Of a stretch of 64,000 bases of DNA, positions 1 through 11,500 are shown piece by piece. Source of the stretch: Phoronis australis (Eukaryota; Animalia; Phoronida); contig NMRA01000012.1 of NCBI GenBank assembly GCA_002633005.1, positions 335,479 through 399,478 on the forward strand, in the 5' to 3' direction. Both the position numbers and the translations under genes were made by a program. The notes under the pieces are model-generated. The model worked only from the letters and a program-made list of their open reading frames with translations, ran no database searches and was not told where the DNA came from. Numbering within the stretch: position 1 is the first letter of the stretch; each line of letters starts with the position of its first letter.

Positions 1-1432
1 GTGAACATTGATACGGTTCAGTAATTACCATCATTTACAGTCCTACTTCACAGCTTATTCAGACGTGGTTCACATTTGATTCCCACAAATCAATGATCAT
101 AAAACTGGCCTCATAATATTCATTACCGTGGTAGGATTCTATTTCTGTGCCTGTGTGATTTGAGTGGTTTACAGAAATAGAATCCTATTTTAGTAAGAAA
201 TGTTATGGCAGTGTTCTCCACAGCCTGTTTTGACTGGTCACTGCGTAGAGTTTGAATTTTGTTGTGATGAGTTTGGGTTACTTGCGTAAAGTATGAAAAC
301 CTGTGCAAAGAGTTTGTAAGTATTGGGAGATTAGTCGTTTCTTAAGCAAACAAGGTTATTTTGGATTTTTAGTACGAGTTCAATACATTTATTCCAAGAC
401 TTAGCACACAAACTCCCTATAGTAAGGACATGGACTTCAAACATGTACATGAATTTGCAATTCCATTAGTTTGAATTTTCTGTTGTGGAGAGTGCTGTAT
501 GAGAACAATTTTATGAGAGTAAATGGCCTACCGGGTAATTTGATTGACTATTTCTAGCCAGCTAAACAAGGCAAAAACCAGCTGCAGGACGAGTAAAAAT
601 GTTAACACTAAGATGTCTTTTGACATTAGAATGTAGGCCTCCTGTAAAAATATATCCCATTTGGGTCCCCCTTTACAAACTCCGTCATGAGTGTCTGCTT
701 CTTAATGGTCCCCTTGCTCTTCCGTCCCCTCTTAAGAAATATTTGAAATTTATTTTCAAACTTCCATCACCAGACCAGGAATTTCCTTTTTACAGGTTAG
801 TAAATTCTCTTCTCAAGAATGAGTTAACACTCACCAGCGCTTGACTGTAGATTTTCCTCAAGAAATTTCACTTTCAAAACAAGAGTGTCCCTTTACCTTT
901 TGTTAGGAAGGGCCCTGTTACACTGCTCTACCTGTAGAACATTTAAAATAATTGTATAAGGATATACCATGAAAGACATCTGATGCTATTAATTTCACAA
1001 GTGGTAACACATGTGCTGAAGTGTATGGTACTGTTTTGTTACTGGTGCTTTAGCTTTAATATCTGAGTAGTCTATAACCTTCTGAATGTATTGTTTTGGT
1101 TAGATCAATGTGTGAGTGTTATGTGTTTTGAGTGAGCTGGCACTGCTCAGTTCTAATATGTCACTTGAGTATTACACACTACTACTGTTACGTTGAGAGG
1201 GACTTTGGTTCTCCTGGTGGGTTGACTCTGCAGCAACTTTCAATCTTGTCTTAAAAATGATTGAGTAATACTATTTATTTCTTTTGACATTTGTGACTTG
1301 CCAATTGGTAAGTAGATTTTTTTTATTTCGAACACAGTTTAGCAATTAAGTTCTTTTAATACTAGATGTTGTGTCATTGACATCGCTTCTTGTGTTAGTT
1401 TGTGAATTCGTGGTTCTCATTTTTGTTTATAG

Positions 1433-1474
1433 ATGGCATCTGAACCAGGTGGTTTGTGTGTTAACCAGTGGTAG
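1433..1474 (+). promoter_or_regulatory. 13-codon uORF (MASEPGGLCVNQW*) in frame with, and ending 6 nt upstream of, the NDST ATG
   Basis: ATG is the first base after the acceptor AG; TAG at 1472-1474; then AGG AGG ATG. Confidence 0.6.
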
Positions 1475-1480
1475 AGGAGG

Positions 1481-2509
1481 ATGACAACGATTAGGCGATG
1501 GCTGTACTTCAAGCCATGTGGCAGGTTACGCCGCCTGTCACTGCCTCAGATGATGTGTGGCCTCTTTCTTTTCTGTTTTGTATCAACACTGCTCTTTGCG
1601 TACTATGCGTCCATGAAACGCTTCAGCGAGTATGTCCGCGATGTTCCCAAGCCGAACTTCAAGTGTCATTCTCGAGCATTCTCCAGTTCAGACTCGCCAC
1701 TGAAGCCTAATGATCACGTGTCTAGTGCCCGGCTTCGAATTGATGCGAAGGTGTTGATCATTGTTGAGACACAATACTCACCACTTGGTAAGAACATTGG
1801 CACTCTTTTGGACTCTGTGAGAATTAATTACAAGGCTGAGATTGCCTCTCATCCTGCCTTACCCTATTTAACGCGTATGGACAAGGGCAAGTATGGGATT
1901 ATTATCTTCGAAAATTTCAATTCGTATCTCAAAATGGATAAATGGAACCGCGAACTGTTGGATAAATACTGCAGGGAGTACACTGTTGGCGTAATTGGCT
2001 TCATGCCAAGAACAGAACTCAACCATTACGAACATCCTATCGGAGGAGGGTTCCCGCTGAAAATTAACACAAATCTTGGCATGAGAGATTTCGAGATCAA
2101 TGCCACCTCCGAAATACTGCGTGTGACACGTGCTGGCGAAACATACGTAGGCAATTTACCAGGGGACGAGTGGACAACATTTGTACCTGAACACCCAACA
2201 TATCAGACTTTGGCTTACTCGAAAACTCAGAGTTCGGCCGAGCTCGTCAATTACACGCTAGATATGTTCGAGATGGATGAGCCCCATCATTCAGTCATTG
2301 TGCAAGACCTTGGTAAACTGGATGGTGTACAGCGAGTGCTGTTCGGCAGTGGGCTTCAATTCTGGCTGAACAAAATGCTGTTTTTGGACTCAATTAGTTT
2401 TCTTTCTCATGGAAAACTGAGCATACCCCTAGAGAGATTCATACTCATCGACATTGATGATATTTTTGTGGGCATGAAAGGTATTCGTATGAAGCCGGCT
2501 GATGTCAAG
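1481..2509 (+). CDS. NDST: NDST coding exon 1 (TM anchor, N-terminal domain, DIDD motif)
   Basis: ORF MTTIRRW...[22 protein letters not shown]; acceptor AG at 1431-1432; donor GTATGT at 2510. Confidence 0.93.
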
Positions 2510-5500
2510 GTATGTGTTAAGTTGTGTCATGTAAACTGTTGACAAATTTGACAGTTAGCCCTAAGCACAAGTTGGTGACCTCATTTGATTATCACATTCA
2601 ACTGTTTCTGGACACTGTGCTCTGTTCTTCATCATAGTTCAAATGAATGCATTTCCTTGAAATCCATCTGAATGGCAAATCTCCTTTAGTATTCCCCGTT
2701 CCTACTGTAGAATCGTATTTTAAAACCTCTGCTATGCCACACTGTCTTGGTAAGTAGTACAAACAGCCACCGACATCAACCTCTATGCCTGTGTTATTTT
2801 GCCACTTCGACCTACCACTGTTAGGGTCTTATCACACTAGGTTTGTTTTGAAAAGTTCATGTTTTGAGCCCATTGCAACAATTTTTATGAAAAGAATGCT
2901 GACGATAAACCACTTTGCTCTTCGTCAGTTTGTGTTTTGCCCAGTCAGTTCTACCTTGGTTTCTTTCCCATTTTTGAGATTGTACTGAGACCTGCCATGG
3001 TGTGACAGTGCCCCAAGTAACACAATTGAAATGTGGAAGACCTATTTAAATCTGTTTTGACCTGAGGCTGGAAGAAGCTTGTTACGGTAATCAAGATATG
3101 CTGTACAAAATCTAATTAAGGAGTCATTTACTCAATTATTTTAAAACCCAAATCCATTTCACTTGGGAATCATTATGGTCATGAGAACTTTATTATCCAT
3201 CGCTCAATGTCTACAAGTAATTGGATAAAAGAAGATAAATTAGGCGATACCCGACGAGCCATAATATCTTCGACGCCTTTTTGTATTAATGTTGGATTAT
3301 TGCTAGGTACGTATATTACAAAGCATAAATAAATGTACCGAATAAGGGGGTTTTAATTGAATTGTATAGGTATTATTGGAAATGGATTGTTACAAAGCCT
3401 TTTAAAATCTGAGCATTTTGAACTCTGACTTAAAGGATTTATGCATCATGTTGTGTATCAAGTGTTGCAGGTTCATTATTTTAAACATGGCCCTCATTTC
3501 CACTAACAGTATGATGAGGAAGGAGGCTTCATCAACGAATTTATCAGTTACTTCCTGTGAAAATAAATTTAAGTTTTTGCATTTCATAGTTATCACCCCT
3601 ATCATCAAATGACTTCTCACACAATTGTCTCGCACTCCTAAAATGCACGCCTTGCCAAAATCACCTTGTCACCTTATTTCCTCATTCACTGACTTTGTTT
3701 GGAGCAGAGGCTACAACATATGTGTAACTCCTGTGCCATATAGCACTGAACAAATGTCCATCTTGCTATAACTTTGCAGGCAATGTTACACACTCAGGAT
3801 ACGTTGAGGAAGGACATCAGTGGCTTCCGCTTCAACCTTGGATTTTCTGGCAAGTTCTTTCATAAAGGCACACCTGAAGAAAATAATGGGGACGACATGC
3901 TCCTTGGTGAGTTGTTCTAGCTCTTCAAGCTCATGTAAAGGCATTATGGTTTACATGTAACTTAGCGACATAAAACCCTCTGTGACCAGATGTGTCTCTG
4001 AGATTTTTTCACTGTAGAGCAAAAGGGAACTTGATTGTCTAGACAACTTCCGGGTTAGTGACCACAGATACCAAATGTCTGAGGAAATTTTCCCGCGGAA
4101 TTACCTATGAGGCATTCTGTAACATGACTGCAAGTCCATATTCAAAGTATTTGACGCTGTTCAATTAATTCCTGAAGACTTAAAACCAAGTGTTATTTTT
4201 CAGCTTTTTGCATTGAATTCCTTGTTTAACATTTGTAAACGTTTTTGTTGATGTCCTCTCATATCACATTTAACTTCTTTTTGTTAACATAACTGTTATG
4301 AAAGTTATTGTAAACTGTTGTTATTGTTAATATTTGAATTTCTTTACACTAATACCTTATTCATCTGTGTTATAGCACATATTGATTTAACGCTAACAAG
4401 TTTATCCTTAGTTTACAGTAAAATCTCATCAATTTCGAAAGCAATATGGCTGACTTGTGAAACTGAATTGTATCACATATGTAGCACTAAGTTAAAGGCT
4501 TTTCCACTTTCAGCTTTTGTATCACAGACACCATCTGACAGTTTTGAAAAATTGTGGGCATCCACAATAATGTTAAAAACCCTTGAGAAAGGAAAAATGA
4601 CATTTTTAGCTATTACTTTTGTCTGAAATTGATGAGATTTTGCAGTAAAAAGTTGAGACGTTTAGTGTCTTAAAGCACTTATTCTTTACCAGTTCACATT
4701 TTACTGCTCAAAATCCATAAAACTGGCGTGCTTGCAACTCATGAGCAAGCGATTGTTGTGTGAACAGTTGTTACTGCAAGGGTCTCGGATTTTGAGAACC
4801 AGTTTGCTACTTGTTATTCAATGGAGAAAATTGGTTCACAAAATGCAGGACCTCTGAAAGTGGCTATTACCGTACTTTGCCAATTTTTGTTTGACTAGTG
4901 CATGTAAAATGAATTTCACAAATTTTATACTGTACCTCCTGGTCGATAAGCTGCATTCCAGTTCAGGTGAACACTCATCGCGACTCAACTTTTAAGTGCC
5001 CAATTTCGGCTCAACACACATTGCCTGAATTTTTCAGTTTTGTGATTTAAAATTTTCACCAGCATTAACCTGGACGAGTAGGTTAGATCAAAGACTAATT
5101 TGCAGCCAGTCCTGACTAAATGTATTTGTGTGTTTTATTCAATTCAGTGTGTCTGTGGATTCTTGATTAAAGTCTTGTTGATTGTTTTGTTACAGTCGTT
5201 TATCATGTATTCTGGTGTGCAATGTCTCCTCGTCTCAAGACCTGTCTTTCTTTACACTAACCATTTCAGATCAATTCTCCAATTTAATCAAAGAGATGTG
5301 ATTACTGTTAAATAATTTATAAACAACTTCTAATGCATGCGCCAAAGTGGTTATATTTTCCTGGTGTGAATGCTTTACCATCATGCCATGTTCATGCAGT
5401 GTTTGCTTTTAAATGTTTTATGAGTGTGGTGGTCTGAAACGCTGAGAGAAAGCTTAATGCGTTTGCTGGACCCTCGATGCCTCCATTTGGGGCTAAATAT

Positions 5501-8500
5501 TGTCCTCGTTTCCCTTTGAAAAATTTAGAAATCTTACAAATACCCCTTGTTAGGCCAAAAAATTCCCCTCGAGTGATTAAAAAATTCCCCTTGAGTTTAG
5601 AATAACTTGTAATTCACACAAGCGACGATTTGAAAGAGTACAAAATGTTTGTTTTGAGCAAAGCTGATGAAGGGTGGTACCATGCGGGAGGTGTTGTGGG
5701 CGGTTGGGGCGTACTATTGATGGTGATCAGGGGGATAATTTTCTCCTCACCCGAAAAAAATCCCCCTCCGAGGCCACAGGCACTTTTCCTTTAGTTGAGC
5801 GAGGGCCCTGGTTAGTCAGCATTTATTTAATTTGCAAGTTAGTCTAAGGTAATTGTCAACCTTTGATTTATTTTTCATAAATTAAGAGTAGAATTCATGA
5901 ATAATCATGAATTATATCTATTATTTTTTCAAACAATGGTGATGTCTGGCCTCAAAAATGAAGACTTGCACCGACATTTACTGAGGGACTTTGAGAGCTG
6001 ATATATCTGTAAATTAATTATCAGAAAGACGATTTACTTTGTAATGACAGTGAGAAAGGTTTTTTATATAGTTTGAAAACAAATTAAACACAAAGCTGCA
6101 CACACTTGGGATTTTTAGAAATTAATGTTGAAAGCAGACAAATGAGTGGCAGAGGATTCAGAAAGCATATTTACTTTCAAGTTTTGACTGTGGACAGTTA
6201 GAAGTAATTTGATAAAATGCGAAAGTATTTCAGGAAGGTTGCCAATTACCTTAGGATTGCTCTTGCTCTTTACATGTGAAAGGGATTCTGTATTCCTCAG
6301 TCAGACCATATGTATGTGTTTCAGTCATAACAAGTACATCATCTTCAGGAAGCTTCCTGGAAACAATTTACTGTTAATGAATTTCGAAAACTTATTGACC
6401 TAGTTTTGATTAATATTATCGAAAAAACAACTTTTCTGCTATGATAAGTGTAAGAGTGAATGGTTTGGGCCTAGGGTATGGCATGTTTGGAGAAAACGTA
6501 CAAGTTTCTGCTTGAATCGGATGGCCTGATTGATAGATTTTTGAGTCTCAGTCGAGTTTGATTTCGGAAATCAGTCTGTACTAGATTGCATTCACTAAAA
6601 AGTGTAAAGATTGCTAAGAGAACTTCCTGATGATGACAAAAAATCTGAATCTGATGTATTTATTTTTGAATTCCTGTTTCTGTTATCCGTTTTTGGAGAT
6701 CGCTTTTCATTTCTGTTTGGGGTGGCTCATGCTACAAGTTGAGAGCCATGGTAACACTGTCTTGGCAATTGTCCAGAATGAAAAAGTTCGTAGAAAGCAT
6801 GTAGAATTTGGTTTTTGTCTTTATACCAATCTGGGTCATATGACCGTGTATTTTTATTAAAACTGAGGGTAGAAGAAGAAGAAAGGTACATCCACATGTA
6901 AATAATGGTGTCAAGAGCAGATACAAATTTTGATCGATATAAATGTTTAAGATGTTACAGTTTTTGAAATTATCATTTCGTTTGCTTTACATGCAACTTG
7001 TGTGCTTTTTCTTAAAAATTAAAAAGTCACATTCTTTGACAGGGAATGCGATTACCCATTTTAGAGATATGATGTTTGGAAGTTTGCCAAATTCGGCCAT
7101 TTTTCAAGGACCCTACATAACCTTATCTGCAAACGTAAACGGCATGCTCAGTAACTTTTTCCCAGGTGTCTGTGCTCACCATGGCTGTCTATGATTGCTT
7201 TAGCCCAACTGAGTGTATTCTCTCATTTTTTGATCATGTTAGATGTGGTTCTCCCATCTTTGACCCTCAGTGTCACTGTTTCCTGTATTGGCCTCGTTAT
7301 GTTTTATGCCCAGACTGACATGGCTGTACATACTGGGCTTACTCTACCACTGTTGGATTGGAAATAATAAAATTTGACAACATAGGTTTGTGTGGTGTTG
7401 TGATGGCCACTACACACAAACACACCAAATGAAGTCCTGAAAATGAAGTGTTATGCTGGGATGTGTCGATATTCTCTGCCTTTGAAGTTTTGAATTTTCT
7501 GGATGTGAGGTGGTTAAATTTAGGAATTTAGAATAACCGACTAATGAGGATTTAGGAATATTATTTGAACAGTGTTTTCACTGGATGACCACTTCACATC
7601 TGTCAAAGCAAAGTTGGTAAGGTCAAATTTGAAAACCTATTCATTGGCAATGAAATAAATCAAGGGGTAGAAACAACACAGCTGATGCATTCATGAACAT
7701 TATAGTTCTTCATTTATGAACACTGTTTACGGCCATAGTAAATTCTGTTCAGCGACTGACAAACGAGCTTAGTAACTGCCCAACACTGTACTCAAGCATG
7801 GTGTTTTTGTACTGGGTGCGCATGGATATCACAATTTGTGGGTCAGGTACTAGCACCATATTTAACTGTTGTTCAACCATGTTTGTGAGTCTGGGAATGA
7901 GTTTATGGATTGTTGTTTATCGGGACCTTGAGCCATGTTTGTAAATGAGGAAGTATGTTCATTAGTGCGACAGCTGTTTCATTTCCACACCCTGTAATGT
8001 AGATTCATTTTTAACTTGATAATGAATTAAAGCAGTGTTGTTTGTTGAACATGAATTGGCCATTTGTATCAAGATTTTATCAAGTTCTCATTTGTGCAGG
8101 AAAATTGACTAAACTTAAAGGGCATGTGAATGTTGGTCACATAATCGAATAAATCAGTTGTATGAATTGAACATGAAAAGGGAATACACTCACTGGCTCT
8201 GGCTCGTATCTAGCGCATGCTTTATTGCTTCTGTTTCTTACAGAGAACAAACACAAGTTCTGGTGGTTCTGTCACATGTGGCGACACACGCAGCCCCACC
8301 TGGTGACCAATCTTACAGCTTTCTTCATTGAGATGCGGAACAATTATGAGTTTGCTAAGGTAATTCCACGCAGCCGCTGGGTTGATGTTGATGTTGATGT
8401 TGATGTTGATGCACCGAGCATGCTTGATGATGGCGTACTGGGCTTGCTTGATGGTGTCAAAAGTCCAATTCTCTTGCATTATTTCTACCTTTTCTTTAAA

Positions 8501-11500
8501 CATTTCCTTTGTTTGTAGTGGTTGGTCATGGTGGCTGAACTATGAACGGACTGGGTTTGTCTTGTGAAAAGTTTTGTGTAGGAAACATTTTATGTTTTGT
8601 GCTTTTACGCTTGGTGAAGAAAATTTTGCAGCTCTCCATGTGGTGTTGCTGTGGGCAAAGCACGTGTGCATGACGGGTAAAACTTTTCTCTGTGAAAGAT
8701 TACTTAAGATTTTCTGAGAAGTCATAGTTCAGTCACCATTGTTTTGCATGCTATCTTATCTGAAACTCTCTATCCTTCACCTTTGCTCTGAAACAGGTAA
8801 GTTTTTACGCACTACCCTATGTCACTCTGACTGGCATGTTGTAGCATCTTGACATATGATGACCTTAATTTCGATTCATTGGCCAATTCATCCTGTAATT
8901 CTAAATTTAGTTGCAAGAGAAAGTATTTTTGTTTGGATTAGCATCAGAACTGGGATATTAATTAGAAATTGTCAGATGCTAAGGCAGGCACGAGGGGTGT
9001 CATTTGGTGTGTCTTCTAAGGTAGAGGTTAGCTTTCAGGTTGCTGAGGAAACCTCTCCCCGTCCAGGACTTACAGGGATCAGCGAAACATGACCCACTTT
9101 TTGTGGTGTTGTCGTCTCATGTTTTGTCATTTTCTTCGTAGAGTACAAACACCACTTCTGGTGGTTTGGTCACACCTGGACGCACGCCCAGGCGCATACA
9201 TTCCTTGGCAACGAGTCATGGCTTTATAATGAAATGTTAACCAATAAAAACTTTTCTGAGGTAAGACATGGGCTAGTCATCAGCTGGTGGGAGGGTGTTC
9301 AGGTACCATATGGTTCAAAATGTCCTATTTGTTACTTAACAAAGTTAAATTTGTTATCTCCTGAAGTTTTCTTCCTTGTTTCTTTTTATCCCCGGGTTGT
9401 GGTAATGGCAATCGTCATTCTGCCTGTGTACTATGTCCACAGAGAATTGTACTCTTCTGTGCAGAGGGTTTTTCTACATTTTTAAGCATAGCTCAACCTA
9501 AACTCTCTTTTGCAATTTGAAGACTCCTACAGATCATCTGAAGCCGAAGTGCTGGTGTGTCGGCATTGGCAGAGATTGTTGTCACGTGGGTTGTGACATA
9601 ATTTCTTTGGTTGATGATGTAAAACATTGTTCCAAACAGATGATAGATTATATCTAAGTCCTTGCAACACTGTCGCCCTACCTATGGAGATAACAATGTC
9701 TCAGCAGTGTTTAGTTACCTTCGCGGATCAGACCATGATTTTTATGTAAAATGTGGTGATCCTTTATACTGAGGAGGATTGGTTTTCCCGTGGTGTTAGA
9801 GAGGCGATCCACGAGAGAATTGAGTTCCCTAGCCTCAACAGACACGGAGGACTTAGATATGATCTGTCAACTGTTTGGAACAATGTATTATATCACCAAC
9901 CAAAGAAATTGTGTCATAACCCACGTGTCGACAATCTCCGCCAATGCCGACATGCCAGCACACCAGCTTTAGGTGATCTGTGGAAGTCTCCGAGATGGGG
10001 ACGCTACGTTATCATTTATATAAAGTAAGTCCAGAAATTGATTTGTTTTGCATTATGCGATAACTGGATGAGTAAGATATATTCAATTATTTCAAAATTT
10101 ATGCTTTTGGAATGAAACAGTGCATATTGTTGGCATTTTGCAAAGTGACCGTGTTTTCTGTAAATCTTGATTTTCTCCCACCCATGTATGGAAATACTCT
10201 TCCACGACTGACTTCTACTTCTCAAATAAAAACCTAATAAGTAAGCTTGCAGAGTACCATATGCATATTGTTGGCACTTTGACTTGACACAGTATTTTCC
10301 TAAATTTTAGCCTGTTGTTGATTTTCACACATCCATGCAGGAATGCACATGACCCTCAGTGAGGGACATTGTTGTCTGTGACTGCCTTGTTTGTTTTGAT
10401 TACGCAATGGCCTCATATGTAATCCAATTGGCATGAAATGTGCAGGTATTATGTGTCATGTCAACAGCTCAAAGCCTATCATTTTTGTGGAATTCCACCT
10501 TGAATTGATGTTGTGACAACCTATTATTGACTTTGCAGAATCGAACTACACAGTCTGCAACTTTTGTAAGAAGGGTATACCCGTTTTTTATCGTTTTCAA
10601 TTTATTTGAGATTTACCAGTAGCTGCTCTTTTGTTGTCTGACAAATTTTTCGCTCCATTTACCATGTGTTGTATAAGTCTATGTTTCTTAGTCATTTTTG
10701 TCATCGTTCATCATCAGTTTTCATCATTGGGGTAATCGTCATTGTCTTTTTATCATTTTGTCATTCAGTTTTGCCAAGAGTCACTCTCTGTAGCACTTTT
10801 GTTTTCTTTTTAATTTACTGGCCAAAAGTGGATGCGCTTCTAATTTAGTTTCAATTATGACTTTATTGTATCAGAAAATGCAGTTTTTTTCTATGATATT
10901 GTTCAACAGATGTCTGTCATGGGTGATTGACAGTTACATTTGCTCATTTGGTTGTGATGTCTGTAAGCTACTAAAGCACTAAAAATACCACCTCGCAATA
11001 ATTGATTTTAACTTTGTGAAAACTGGCTTATTCGTGTTGGAAACTTCCTCCCGTGTGATTTTTAAAATCATGAGAGTGAAACCTTTGTCCAATCTGAGTC
11101 ATACATAATTCCCAGGATACCAGTGCACGGATATGTTGGATATTACTATTGTCAGATATTAGCAACATGCATGGGTGGGTTTCAATTGGTTGTCGCTTCT
11201 CAGACTGAAGACCTGTCTCTTCAATTGCTTTGGCATTCACGCTTCAGTTGTTGAGAGCGACTTGCAAACTTTCCGCTATTTCCGAGTCTGGTGAAACTAA
11301 TCTTTTACGATGGTGCGACTAAATAAAATTACAGTAATTTTCCACTTATTTCGCACAAACGTAATAGCCACAATGGTCGTTTCTTGATTTTTTAAAGGCT
11401 GAGTTACAGATGATGAAAAATTTACAAAGTATTGTTTTTAATTATCACATTTGTTAGACTGTACACTATGCTTTCAATTAAATGAAACTTTATTAATGCT

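Noticed and set aside
781-801. Second AG|GTTAGT juxtaposition upstream of NDST coding exon 1
   Set aside because: Weaker donor; could be chance or a UTR exon acceptor, and cannot be supported.
9040-9092. CTGAGGA...GAAAC hammerhead-like core upstream of exon 3b
   Set aside because: Stem II does not close next to the core, and no matching stems I/III or cleavage triplet were found.
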